Below, piece by piece: positions 12,700 through 26,002 of a stretch of DNA of 64,000 nt. The number at the start of each line of letters is the position of its first letter. The first letter of the stretch is position 1. Origin of the DNA: Octopus sinensis (lineage: Eukaryota). The position numbers were made by a program, and so were the translations under genes. The notes beneath the pieces were generated by a model. That model was not told the origin of the DNA. It did no database searches and saw only the letters and a program-made list of their open reading frames with translations. The stretch spans positions 22,010,001 through 22,074,000 of the forward strand of contig NC_043017.1 in assembly GCF_006345805.1 (NCBI RefSeq), read 5' to 3'.

Positions 12700-13325
12700 T
12701 TCTATCTTTTACTTGTTTCCGTCATTGGACTGTGGCCATGCTGGGGCAACGGTTTAAAGGGTTTAGCCGAACAAATCACCATTAGTATGTATTGTTTAAA
12801 TCTGGTACTTATTCTAATGGTCTTTTTCACTGAAAGGCTAAGTTATAAGAGTATAAACAAACCAACACCAACTGTCAAGTGATGGGAAGACGAAGACAAA
12901 CACAAAGACACACATGCACAAACATATATATATGTATACTTGTACTCTTTTATTCTTTTTCTTTTATTTGTTTCTGTTATTTGATTGTGGAGCACCACGT
13001 TTAGTCAAACAAATCAACCCCAGGACTTATTCTTTGAGAACCTAGTACTTATTCTGGGGCTATAGTAGAACACATACATAAACAGAATGACACAAACACA
13101 CACATGACAACATGCATAGACACAGCAGCACACACACACAAACACACACACATACATGTATCAGAGCTGTGCAGTTTCCATCTACCAAATTCCATTCGCA
13201 AGGAATTGGTCTTAGAGCTACAGCTGAAGACATTTATTCAAACCGTTACACATACAAAATAGCCTCAAATCAGGAACAACACAATTCCAAAGAAACCTGC
13301 TTTAACCACACAGCTACAATTGCGC
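12700..13325 (-). mobile_element. Diverged, nested SINE family A fragments
   Basis: Two tail segments (~12700-12910 and ~12945-13075) plus a decayed head. Confidence 0.7.
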
Positions 13326-14793
13326 CCCTTCACAGCAAAACACTTTAGACCTATAGCCAGTGTCCACGACTTTGTTTAGAACCAAGCCAAGAAATTTTAC
13401 TGCAAAATAATTCCCACAACCAAACACATTTAAATTAGATTCTGCACCTAAAACAAACCAACAACAACAACAATTAGCAAACATATAAGAAACGAGAAGA
13501 TTATATAACACAGAGAGAGAAAGAAAGAGAAAGTGTTGCCGTTTTTAGTGCTTTCTAATACACTGCCAATAAACTGTAATAGACTGCTCTTTAAAGAAGA
13601 AGAAGAATACAGTGCCGTTATTTGGCAAAGATTCCAACACAGCATTAAACCTAAATAAGCTACTGACTTTTGGTTTGACCCAAGTAATTGGATGGTGTTT
13701 TCAGTTAAAACTTTATCTACTCGATTTTTAATGCCTAACTCCATCACAGTTTATTCCAGACTCTCTGATGATGAATTTTAGATTTCTGTTTTCATAAATT
13801 TTTTTCTGTTTTATATTCTTATGAGTCTTTTATATTTTTTCCTGCTCTGTGTGTTTTTTTTTTCCTTTTTTATTACATAGCATTATCTATTTATTCTATC
13901 ATCTTCTCACTAATTAACCTGTCTTCTTTCCTCTCTTTCTCTCTCTCTCTCTCTCCCTTTGATGGTGTCACTCCCCGCATCATTCTTTCAGTATCACCAT
14001 AGTTCTTTTCTGCTTCGTCTCAATCATTTTACTTTCACTTTCTTGGTTCTTCCCATTTATAATCCCTCACATCCCTCTTTGCTTCTCTCTTTCCCATTCT
14101 CTTACATACAGTTCCTTGCTGCATCACTGCATATACATAGATCCACACACACATACACACACACACAGATTCATATAAATGTATATACTTCTATCTATCT
14201 ACCTGTCTGTCTGTCTATCTGCCTGTCTGTGTGCTTGTATATCATTATTCAGTTTTATTACAAGATTTCTTGCCAATTGAGAAGGAGCCATTTTCTAATC
14301 TAGATCCAAGGCTCTTTCACTGGAATTTCATCAACATCAACAGGCATTTTTGTATATATGTATATGTGCAGATTTGTATGTTTTGCTTAATGCATGTCTT
14401 CTCATGCATATACCTGCATATCTAGACATGCTTTAATACATTTAAATGATAAACTTCTGGAAAGTTTTACAGATTTTTACAGTTCCAGTAATGGCTTAGA
14501 TCTTCAGTCTTTGAATCAATTTTCTCCTTTCTGGTTTTGAGAAGCCTAATTTCTCAAGATTAGTACTTAGGCAGTGTGTTATATATCCAAGGGCCCCAAT
14601 AATTACAGGTATAAACCTGAACTTGTAATCTGGATAGAATAACTGCAGATTTCTCAACAGTTCAGCCTAGGTATTTTCTTTTTCATTGGTCTTTATGTAT
14701 ATATGTTCTCTTTTCTTTTTAATTTACAGTCAACTTCTACCCATCCACCAACTTGGTAGCAAGGTTGTGAAAGAAAGTATTTTAATTTAACCA

Positions 14794-15030
14794 TCATCCT
14801 TTAGATCTTAAGGAGGTCTTGCAGATTTTTCTAGTCCCAGATAGTATGAGCATTTGTAATATATGAATTAAGGTATCACATTCTCTCTCCAAGAACCAAA
14901 GTTCAGCTTTACTTTGCTCTGGACAGATCGGTATGTACCCCGTTGCTCCAATAATGATGGGTATGACAGGGAAAGTCCATCTTGAGTACTGGATTTGCGA
15001 GCTCCTTATTAAAGGTTCATAGATGTCATC
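14794..15030 (-). mobile_element. RLE-encoding (R4/Dong/NeSL-like) non-LTR retrotransposon, C-terminal remnant
   Basis: YEPLIRSSQIQYSRWTFPVIPIIIGATGYIP...LIHILQMLILSGTRKICKTSLR matches the 'VxPIVIGALG...LQ...L.GT.KI.K..L' end of RLE domains. Confidence 0.75.
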
Positions 15031-15284
15031 TTTCTCTTGCATGTATTTATGAATGCATGTCTAAATATAACTCCTTATAATTTCCTTTTTTGTAACTTAG
15101 AGGATGTGAAACACTGTTGTCTTCTCATTTATTTCTCTCTTTTCAGCTTTTCCCTTGAAGGAGGACTTTGCCTGAAACACCAAATTTTCTGCCCCACAGT
15201 AAGTTCCCTATTACTCTTTTTATTGATTACATTCGGGTGGTTTATTTCTGGTTTATGTGATTTATGATATATAAAGATGTGTCT

Positions 15285-15480
15285 TTGTGGTAAGAAGCTT
15301 GCTTCACAACCATATTGATTCCTGGTTCAATCCCACTGCGTGGCACCTTGGGCGAGTGTCTTCTGCTATATCTCTAGGTCAACAAAGTCTTGTGAGTGGA
15401 TTTTGTAGAGAGAAACTTAAAGAAGCCTGCTGTATATACATGTGTGTGTATGTGTGTGTGTATTACTGTCTCTTTGTCTT
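15285..15480 (+). mobile_element. SINE family A, 5' half
   Basis: tgtggtaagaagcttgcttcacaaccat...gaagcctgctgtatata. Confidence 0.8.
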
Positions 15481-15661
15481 GGGATCATATCACAGTTGGA
15501 AACAGATGAGGATTGGTAACAGGAAGGGCATCCAGCTGTAGAAAATCAGCATTGACACATTTTGTAAGCATGGAAAAGAGGATGCTGGTGCTATGATGAT
15601 GATGATCATTATCATCATCATCATCATACTTTAACATTTGCTTTCCATGTATATATATATA

Positions 15662-15860
15662 TTTGTTATGCTGGACCACTGAAATCTACAAGTTTTTTTC
15701 CACACTCTCTCTCTCTGTTTATTTTCTTTATTCTTTTCTGTTGAAGAGTGTAGGCTCGAAATGTAAAATACTTTTTCATTTTTTCCCGAGTGTAAAACTA
15801 ATACATTTGCTAGTTGTTCATACACCTGTCATCATCTTTGTTTTTCTATAAATTCCAGCA
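15662..15860 (+). mobile_element. Penelope-like pLTR-type short element ending in (TA)n
   Basis: HHR-like motif at 15735-15768, followed by ~90 bp and then (TA)n. Confidence 0.55.
15735..15768 (+). ncRNA. Degenerate hammerhead motif (A6U core)
   Basis: ttt-CTGTTGA-a-gagt-gtag-gctc-GAA-ATGT-A-aaa; stem III is probably ACGT decayed to ATGT. Confidence 0.45.
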
Positions 15861-16153
15861 ATATATATATATATATATATACATACTAATATATTTATAG
15901 ATGTGTATACACACACATGCACACACAGACAACTTCCTTCATTCCTTTTAATATTTTTTAAGTTTTCAAATCAGAAAGTTCCAAACATAGTAAGAAGCCA
16001 CTTCGTGTAAGCTACAATGAAGAAGAAGAAAATGAGATGAAAGGAATGAATTTATTTTAGAATTGCAATAGTTCAGGTCTTAAGAAGGAAGAAAACAATG
16101 AGATGGAAGAGAATTTCAAAGTCTGGCAATTTTTTAGGGAAAAACTACAACCA

Positions 16154-16318
16154 TAGGTGCAGGAGTGGCTGTGTGGTAAGTAGCTTGTTTACCAACCACT
16201 TGGTTCCAGGTTCAGTCCCACTGTGTGGCACCTTGGGCAAGTGTCTTCTACTATAGCCTCGGGCCGACCAAAGCCTTGTGAGTGGATTTGGTAGACGGAA
16301 ACTGAAAGAAGCCCATCG

Positions 16319-16349
<31 letters not shown>

Positions 16350-16566
16350 ATGTGTTTGTGTGTCTGTGTTTGTTCCCCTAGCATTGCTTGACAACCGATG
16401 CTGGTGTGTTTAAGTCCCCGTCACTTAGCGGTTTGGCAAAAGAGACCGATAGAATAAGTACTGGGCTTACAAAAGAATAAGTCCCGGGGTCAAGTTGCTC
16501 GATTAAAGGCAGTGCTCCAGCATGGCCGCAGTCAAATGACTGAAACAAGTAAAAGAGTAAAGAGTA
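16154..16566 (+). mobile_element. SINE family A, full length, sense orientation
   Basis: aggtgcaggagtggctgtgtggtaag...ggttcagtccc...gaaacaagtaaaagagtaaagagta. Confidence 0.93.
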
Positions 16567-17080
16567 ACCATAGAAAGTCTGCCTCATTCATGGAAGCACA
16601 ATGGCATTTGGATGAAGACAAGGGGAGTTTTTATGTTATCATAATCATTTTCACTCACTCACCTCTCCGTTTCTTTCTCTCTCTCTCTCACTCTGTCTGT
16701 CTGCATGTCTGTCTGTCCGTTTGTCGCCCTGCCCCGTCTCATGTTGTTTCCCTTTTTCACAGTTTATATCTTATAATCTTACATAATCTTTTTCAATCAT
16801 GCATTTTTTAAAAGTCCTTCTTACTTTCTACACCTTACTCTCATTCACACACACATATGTTCTTTCCTTGCATATCTTTCCTCTCACCCTTTCCCCCTCT
16901 ACACTCCCCTTCAATATAGCTACTTCCTCTATTTCTTTCATTAATTTACAGCCTCACACACACATCTCTAGCTCTCTCTCTCTCTCTCTCTTTCCCTCTT
17001 TGTCTGTCTTTCACTACTTCTTCATCTATGAACTTTCACTTTCCCATCTTGCATATCATTCTCTCTTTCTTTCTTTCTTC

Positions 17081-17111
<31 letters not shown>

Positions 17112-17482
17112 TCTTTGTCTTTCTTTTACCATTTCTTTACCTTTTGCTTCTCCATCTCTCTCCTTCGTTTGCATTTACTCCCTCTTTGCATCCCTTCTCT
17201 CATGACTAGCTTCCCTCTTCTCTCTATTTATCTAACGAACTGCTCTCCCTATCTCCCCCCGCTCTCTCTCTCTACCTTTATTTTACCCTTCTTTATAATT
17301 TATTTCTCCAGACCTCACGATCCTTCCTCTCTCTCTCTCTCTTTTTATTTAACCAACAATCTATTTTCCCCTCTCACTTTCTCTCTCTCCCCATCTCCTT
17401 TCTCATCTTTATTCTATTACTTCTTCCCCTTTTAACTTCCCCCCCTCATTTCCACCCCTCCTCACTACTCCCTGACTCTCCT

Positions 17483-17711
17483 TCTCTCACTGTCTCTCTG
17501 CCTATCTATCTCTCTTTCTTTCCCTGTGTCTCTACCTTTCTATCCCTCTCTCTTTCTCTCACTGTCTCTCTGCCTATCTATCTCTCTTTCTTTCCCTGTG
17601 TCTCTACCTTTCTATCCCTCTCTCTTTCTCTCACTGTCTCTCTGCCCATCTATCTCTCTCTCTTTCCCTGTGTCTCTACCTTTCTACCCCTCTCTCTTTA
17701 TCTCACTGTCT
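17483..17711. repeat. 72-bp pyrimidine-rich minisatellite, about 3 units
   Basis: ctcactgtct recurs at 17486, 17558, 17630 and 17702. Confidence 0.9.
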
Positions 17712-18809
17712 TTCATCTTCTCCTTCACATGTCTGACTCCAGCCTTAGTTTTCCAAATTCAACAATATTCACCAATTATTTCCAACAACCTCTAAGCCTC
17801 CACTAATGGCCATAATGCTACCCTCCTCCACACAACGCTACAGCTCTCATTGTTTAATCCTAAACATGACAATTCCTGATTCCAAAGTCTTCGATATCTA
17901 TCTTTGGAAATATTCACTTCCATTTAAAGATTGCCCATAACAAATTGGTTAAAGAAATTCTTCCCGTTAATAGATTTGTTTTTCTTTTTTTTTTCTTTTC
18001 ACATGTTTTTTATTTTTGTTTTCTTAATTTTATTGATCCCTTTCAGACATCCGTTCTTTTCCCTGCACACATACAAACACCCACCCACACACACACATAC
18101 ACACAACACACATATATCTACATACATATACCTTATCTAAAATCTATAATCATATGTGCATACATACTCTCACAAACAAATGTGTCTGAGTACAAATATA
18201 TATATATTTAACCCTCCCCACCACATATATGTGTATACATATTAACAGCCCCCCCCCATATATATGTGTGTGTATGTATGTGTGTATATATACGTATATA
18301 TATAACTAATGCTATCATATATATATACATATATGATATATATATACACACATAAAAACAAACATAAGCATATACATACACACATACATATAGATATAAA
18401 TGCAAACACAAGCATACACATACACACACGTATATATATATGTATTTATATATTATGTGTGTGTGTGTATATGCATGTGTGTGTGCATGTGTGTATATGT
18501 TTGTGTGTGTATGTATATATATATGCATGGATATATGGGTACAGGACGTCACCAATGGTGCAAATCACATGAAATACGTGAACAAAGGTAACACAGAGAA
18601 AGGACCCTTCATCAGTTGTTGACTGTCTATCTATTCCTCATTTCAAGCATACATATATATTGTGTGTATGTATATATATATATATATATATATATAGATT
18701 TATATATATATATATATATATTATGTATATATTATAATATATATATATATATATTATAATATATATGCATATATATAGAATATATATGTTATATATATAT
18801 ATATATATA

Positions 18810-18850
<41 letters not shown>

Positions 18851-18884
18851 ATATATATATATATATATTATGTATATATATATT

Positions 18885-19134
18885 AATTGGTAAAAACGGT
18901 AAGATAACAAAAGAAAGAAAGAGACCTCAATATATGTAAATAGAGGAAATTTATCTATAATAATATGTTACAATTACTCAATAGTCAAGATAAAACTCTG
19001 AGTTTCAGATGCCGAAGTGGAAATCCACAAACACCATCTCTTCGGTTATACTAGAGATGGTGTTGTGGATTTCCACTTCGGCATCTGAAACTCAGAGTTT
19101 TATCTTGACTATTGAGTAATTGTAACATATTATT
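18885..19134 (-). mobile_element. Penelope-like short element with a ~83-bp inverted 5' arm, embedded in (TA)n
   Basis: Palindrome 18959-19134 (one bulge, ~11-nt loop); unique 3' part at 18885-18958; HHR at 18990-19049. Confidence 0.7.
18990..19049 (-). ncRNA. Hammerhead ribozyme motif (U4C core)
   Basis: Minus strand reads ataa-CCGAAGA-gatg...catc-t-GAA-ACTC-A-GAGT-T-ttat. Confidence 0.55.
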
Positions 19135-19166
19135 TTATATATATATATAATATAATATATATATAT

Positions 19167-19250
<84 letters not shown>

Positions 19251-19987
19251 GTATATATATATATGTAATATATATAATGTATATATATATATTATGAATA
19301 TATATTATATATATATACATGCATAATTATTTTAAAGACCATATTTCTAAAATTGTACTACATTCATTCTGTATATGGCAAAATTAATCTGTAAAGAGGA
19401 TTGGTGAATTAATTTCTTGTATTTTAAGATTTATGCCTCATTCATTGTTAAATTCCAAAATATCTCCCATTATTACATAAGCATATTAAAAATGTAATTC
19501 AGAATTCCTGAAATTATATTTTGCAGTTGGCTTTCATTCACACCTAACTCATTAGTATTCAATCACTAACGATCACATAGGTGCACACATAAACACACTC
19601 ACATATGTACATGTAAAATCCGCTACCGTTGACCCACTGGTGTTCTGTCTGTCTTTCTCTCTCTCTCTGTCGGTTTTTAGAGTTACAATAATGGCCTCTG
19701 CTCCTCAGAGCTTGCTGACTTCATACCAGCACAACTATTACTCAGTTACCCCCAAACCACTAGCTAGTATCACCATGCTGTGTCCAACCACTCACCCCAT
19801 ATTATTCATCGTATCTAGTCCTTTTTCCCTGAGTGTCATCCCACTGGAATCTTCTTACATTTTTTTTTACTTGTTTTACTCATTTGGTCATGGCCATGCT
19901 GGGGCACCACCTAGAAGAGTTTTTAGTTAAACAAGTTGAACCCAGAACTTTCTGATTAAAGCCTGGTACTTATTCTACTGGCCTTCT

Positions 19988-20087
19988 NNNNNNNNNNNNN
20001 NNNNNNNNNNNNNNNNNNNNNNNNNNNNNNNNNNNNNNNNNNNNNNNNNNNNNNNNNNNNNNNNNNNNNNNNNNNNNNNNNNNNNNN
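19988..20087. other. Assembly gap (100 N)
   Basis: Run of exactly 100 N; probably a placeholder for an unknown length. Confidence 1.
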
Positions 20088-20893
20088 CTATCTATCTATC
20101 TATCTATCTATCCCTCTCCTATATTCTCTTGTGCCTCTTTTCTCTCACTTTCACAACACAAAAGAATCATGTCTGGTGTATGAGACGTTAGCAAAAGAGA
20201 ACAGCTTTTTCAGCACCATATGTCCCCCCCGCGCCCCGCTGCTTAAATTTCGTTGTTCTCATATTGTGATGGGTTTCTGTCTTTTATTAACTCCTCTGTT
20301 TCGTTTCTTTAATACAGGTGCCTTAATGTAATTTGATGAGCCAAAGGAACATAAGAAGCATTAGAATATAATGAGATTACAAATTCAAGAAAGCCAAGAT
20401 CATTTATAACACACACACCTGTGGCGCCATTGAATTTAATCTTTATTCTATTTTTCTCTCTAACTTTTATTGACTATTCTAGTTCTGTTGTTTGTGTTGT
20501 TGGTGGTGCTGGTGGTGGAGATGGTGGTGGTTGTCGTTGTTTGCGGCAGAGCTGCTTTCTTTTATAGTATCATGTAAATTAGTTGTACTCTATATCTGAT
20601 AGATTTCGAATAAAGTTGAACAACAGAAGCCTTTTTAAATACAACAACACAACAACAACAATAACACAACAATGGCAACGATGACGAGGACGACGGCAAC
20701 GACGATAACACCAATAGCAACAGCTTTGAAACTGAAATAAAACAATTCGGGTGGAAAAGTGAACGTGAGGTAAAAATAAAACAAGAGAGAGAGAGAAAAT
20801 ATATTTTTTTAAGGAAAACCCTAAAGTGTCTGGTGACTAAATGCAGTGAGAAATAGTGCAGCAGTATTTGGATAAATAACTTGTAATAATATA

Positions 20894-22699
20894 TCATCAT
20901 CATCATCATCACATCATTTAGCGTCCGTTTTCCATGCTAGCTGGTTGGACGGTTCAACTGGGGTCTGGGGCCGAAGGCTGCACCAGGCCAGTCAGATCTG
21001 CCAGTGTTTCTACAGCTGGATGCCCTTCCTAACGCCAACCACTCCGAGAGTGTAGTGGGTGATTTTTATGTGCCACGACACAGGTGCCAGACGAGGCTGG
21101 CGAACGGCCACGCTCGGATGGTGTTTTTATGTGCCACCGACACAGGTGCCAGACGAGGCTGGCAGACGCCACGCTCGGATGGTGTTTTTATGTGCCACCG
21201 ACACAGGTGCCAGATGAGGCTGGCAGGTGCCAGACGAGGCTGGCAGACGGCCACGCTCGGATGGTGTTTTTATGTGCCACCGACACATGTGCCAGATGAG
21301 GCTGGCGGACGGCCACGATCGGATGGTTGTTTGTTACGTCCCCAAAGCACGGAGGCCAGTCTATGCGGTACTGGCTACGGCCACGTTCGGATGATTTTCT
21401 TGTGTGCCACCGGCACTGGTACCACAAAGATACAAATTCCATTTGCTCATCTATTTTGATTTGTTTTGATTTGATTTGATTTTCACTTGCCTCAACAGGT
21501 CTTCACAAGTGTCACTTGCCTCAACAGTCTTCACAAGTGTCACAAGAAGGAAGGTATGCACAGGTGGACTGTCTACGTCGCCGGGTCTTCGGATGGTGTC
21601 TTTATGTGCCACCGACACAGGTGCCAGATGTGGCTGGCGAACGGCCACGATCGGATGGTTTTCTTGTGGTGCCACCGGTACTGGAACCACAAAGATACAA
21701 ATTCCATTGATGTTCATCTATTTGATTTGGTTTGATTTTCACTTGCCTCAACAGGTCTTCACAAGTGTCACGCGTGTCACACACTTGCCTCACAGGTCTC
21801 CACAAGTGTCACACACTTGCCTCTGCATCAACATGTCTTCACAAGAGTGTCACACCTTGCCTCTGTTGCCTCTGCCTCAACAGGTCTTCACAAGTGTCAT
21901 AAGAGGGAAGGTATGCACATGTAGACGGACTCCGTCGCCGGGTCTTTTGGATGGTGTTTTTATGTGCCACCGACACAGGTGCCAAGTGAGGCGGCGAACG
22001 GCACGATCAGATGGTGTTTTGTTGTGCCCACAGCACGGAGGCCCGTCGATGCATACCAGCTACGGCCACTTCGGATGGTTCTTGTGTGCCACCGGTACTG
22101 GAACCACAAAGATACAAATTCCATTGAATATTCATCTATTTTGATTTGGTTTGAATTTTCACTTGCCTCAACAGGTCTTCACAAGTGTCACACACTTGCC
22201 TCAACAGGTCTTCACAGTGTCATAAGAGGGAAGGTATGCACAGGTGGACTGACTACGTCGCCGGGTCTTCGGATGTGTCTTTCTGTGCCACCGGCACAGG
22301 TGCCAGATGAGGCTGCGAACGGCACGATCGATGGTGTTTGTTGTGCCCACAGCACGGAGGCAGTCGATGCGGTACTGTTACGTCCACGTTGGGTGGTTTT
22401 CTTGTGGCCCCGGCACTGGTACCACCCAAAGATACAATTCCACTGATGTTCATCTATTTTGATTGTTTGATTTGATTTGATTTTCTCACTTGCCTCAACA
22501 GGTCTTCATAAGTGTCACAGAAAGAAGGTATGCACAGGACTGACTACGTCCGAGGTCGGGGCAACGGGTTATGGCCTGACTAGTCTTGCCGGGTCTTCTC
22601 ATGCACAGCAACTTCCATAGGTCTCGGTCTCTAGACATTTCCTTAGGAGACCTAAAGTTCGAAGGTCGTGCTTCACCAACCGTCGTCCCAGGTTTTCCT
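20894..22699 (-). mobile_element. 5'-truncated RTE-clade LINE: ORF2 C-terminus, long tandem-repeated 3'UTR and (TGA)n tail
   Basis: Minus strand at ~22580-22699 reads RKTWD.VVKHDLRTLGL.KEMSRDRDLWK (frameshifted), typical of an RTE ORF2 end. It ends ...gcatggaaaacggacgctaaatgatg(tga)n at ~20894. Confidence 0.8.
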
Positions 22700-23419
22700 A
22701 ATAATAATAATAATAATAGATAAAATAATAATAATAATAAATATATAGATATATATAAATAAATAAAATGAAATACAATAAAATGTTTGCTGACAACTAT
22801 TGTCTATTGATATTCCCAAAAGCAAGTTATTGATCAAAATCAATATGTATACATATATATATGAATGCATGCATTTATGTACATACGTATGTATGCTTGT
22901 ATGTATATATGTATGCTTGTGTGCGTACAAACATAATGTATTCGTAAGAGCATGCACATTTAACTAAAACCCTTTGTAATATATACATTCATATATACAC
23001 ACATATGTGCATGTGTCAATACACATTTACACAAACACACACACATACGCATATATATTTAAATATATTGGGTGATAGATACATACACACAAACACATGT
23101 ACATGTATGTATGAATCTTCTTCAATTATACACACACAAACACATACTCACCACATTCTCATACTTATATTTTCACCACTGAATTTTGGTACATTCTTTA
23201 AAAATGGTTCAAGAATTAAAAAAAAAAAAAAAAAAAAATTTATTGAAAAAAAAAAAAGGAATTTAATAAATTTGCTGACAAGATATTTCTTTTCTCCTTA
23301 CATTTCAAGTGTTTCTTTCCATTTATTTTTCAGATATTGAATTTATTCCAAATTTGTGTTTCTGACTTTTTCACTACTTTTAACCATTTTCTTTTTTCAC
23401 ACACAATGATACTGTCCTA

Positions 23420-23610
23420 AGTGTGTGTATTATATATATATGTGTATATATATATATATATGTATATAGTATATATAATATGTATATATATAATATATCT
23501 ATGTATATATGATATATATAGTATATATATATATAAGTATATATATATATAGTGGATATATATATATATGTATATATATATATATGTATATATAGATATA
23601 TATATGTATA

Positions 23611-23645
<35 letters not shown>

Positions 23646-24311
23646 TGTATATATTATATTATATGTATATATATAATAGATGTATATATAAATATCTATA
23701 TGTATAATAAATATATAGATATATATATATATATTATATATGTATATATACTATATATATGTATATATATATGATATATGTATATATATATTATAATATG
23801 TATATATCATATATATTGTATATTATATATATAGATATGTATATATATATATATATATATATTATGTATATATTATATATATCTGTTATATATATATATC
23901 TATGTATATGTATATATATTATAATCCTTATATATGTATTATATCTATGTGTATTATATATTATGTTATATATATATATATGTATATATATATGATTATA
24001 TATGATGTATATATATATGTATATAATGTTATATTATATATATATGTATATATTATATGTATATATATATTGTATATATATATATATATATATAGATAAT
24101 TATATATATATTATATATATTTATATATAGATATATATATTTATATATATTTATATATATTATATATTATATATATATATTTATTATATGTGTATATATA
24201 TATAATATATATATATATATTAATATATATATGTAATATATAAGTATATGTATATATTATATATATATATATCTATATATATGTATATATCTATATATAT
24301 TTATATATATA

Positions 24312-24360
<49 letters not shown>

Positions 24361-24480
24361 TTTATATAGATAGATAAATAGATAGATACAAGCATACTAC
24401 ATATGTATGTATGTATCTGTATGTATTATAATATATATATATTATATATATATATACACACACATATACATAGATATACA
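23420..24480. repeat. ~1-kb degenerate (TA)n array
   Basis: Directly visible. Confidence 0.95.
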
Positions 24481-24714
24481 CACGTGTATATCTTTATATA
24501 TGCATGTGTAGGGAGAGACAGAGGTAGATAGACAGACAGACAGATAATCATATTCAGCTGAAATATATAGCATCCATTTATAAATGAGCATCTATTCCAT
24601 TTATAAAATAACCATTCATTAAATATAGTGTGATTTTATGTCAGTCTTTATTTTTTATTGTTTATAGCTGTTTTCCTCCTTCTGATTATTATTATTATTA
24701 TTATTATTTGAGAC

Positions 24715-24925
24715 AGAAACCTGCTCAAATAATTAGAGTGCTGGGCAAAATGCTTAGCAGCATTTTGTTCATCTTTATATTCCGAGTTCAAATTCTGCCG
24801 AGGTCGACTTTTGCCATTCCTTCCAATGGGGTCGATAAAGCAAGTACAAACTGATCACTGGGGGTCATGTAACTGAGTAGCCACCTCCCACCAAAATTGC
24901 AGGCCTTGTGCCAAAATTCGAAACC
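24715..24925 (+). mobile_element. SINE family C
   Basis: Family C core, following an (ATT)n tract. Confidence 0.8.
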
Positions 24926-24930
24926 TTTAA

Positions 24931-25200
24931 TATTATTTTGGCTTAGCTCAGGTTTAGTCTTATTCCTGGCAGGAATTGTGTGGGTAACCTGAGGTATCCA
25001 CAAGTTTTCAGCAGTTTTTCATGTGCTTAGATCCCTCCTGATAATCCTTGCTGTACCTAAGAGACAAACGTTCTGTGGGAGCCCTACATGGCATTCTATT
25101 TCAATCTCCTTCAGCCAGCTGTCTATATCTTGATTTATAGGTTCCCAACGCACCAATTATCATAGACAAAACTTTTACCACGTGCATGCTCCAAATTCTT
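24931..25200 (-). mobile_element. R4/Dong-like RLE non-LTR retrotransposon, 3' end
   Basis: KRIWSMHVVKVLSMIIGALGT/[frameshift]INQDIDSWLKEIEIECHVGLPQNVCLLGTARIIRRDLST*, then a short UTR and an aataata tail; the 5' side abuts (TAA)n. Confidence 0.8.
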
Positions 25201-25239
25201 TTATTATTATTATTGTTATGATTATTATTATTATCATTA

Positions 25240-25607
25240 TTACCTGTGCCTTAGCAAAGGCGGAGGTATGGTTTTCAATCATGTTTGTTTGTTTGTTTGA
25301 TTGTCCATGGACAAGATATCTCAAGAACTGCTAGATGGATTCAGATGAAACTTTCAGGGATGTTTGGCCTCATGACTGGCACAAATTGATTAGATTTTGG
25401 GATTGATCCAGTAACGAACAAGGACTCTGGATTTATTTTCCATTTCTTTACTGAATTTTTTAAAGCAGTCAGGTTTACTTTTAGTATTCTCGTTTGTGAC
25501 AGCAGTTGAGTTTATTTCAGATATTTTCATTTTAAAAATCCTCTCTGGCTAATCGTTGAGAGTCCGTTGGTGTTGCCTTGGTGGACATTTGCACTCTCTG
25601 AGTGCTC

Positions 25608-25612
<5 letters not shown>
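25240..25612 (+). mobile_element. Helentron-type non-autonomous element (HINE/DINE-1-like)
   Basis: 5' hairpin tacctgtgcc-ttagcaaa-ggcggaggta, (GTTT)n near the 5' end, 3' end ccttggtggacatttgcactctctgagtgctcttgtt; inserted in an (ATT)n tract. Confidence 0.6.
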
Positions 25613-25652
<40 letters not shown>

Positions 25653-26002
25653 GCTTGACAAGCTATAAAAATTATGAGAACATGGAATAAAATGCCTTGC
25701 AGCATTTGTTTCAGCCTTTTACATTCTGAGTTCAAATTCCAGAGATGTTAACTTTAGCTTTCATCGTTTTCAGGGTTATTAAAATAATAATCAAATGTGA
25801 GATCCATCTAACTTGGATTCCAGGTTTTTTGGTAAGCATCCAGGCTGTTGTTCTATACTAGAAAAATGTCTTTTCTGTTACAAGGAAAAGATTCCTTTGC
25901 AGAAGCATCCAGTTTCTTTTGGAGCAACGATGCTTTAACCAATCTAGAATTCAAGCTTGATGGAACTTGCACCCAACGATTAAGAGTAGTCTCAGACACA
26001 TC

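Noticed and set aside
13448-13747. 99-aa minus-strand ORF with a nearly open mirror frame on the plus strand
   Set aside because: Stop immediately upstream, no convincing splice sites or motif, and the C-terminus comes from simple repeats.
21478-21510. CTGTTGA-ggcaagt-GAAA on the minus strand in the RTE array as a hammerhead
   Set aside because: No stem II, stem III or stem I partner; better explained by the cacttg/caagtg hairpin.
21060-22500. Repeat array as a CRISPR
   Set aside because: The intervening sequences are themselves repeated, there are no unique spacers or cas genes, the context is eukaryotic, and the array lies within an RTE 3'UTR.
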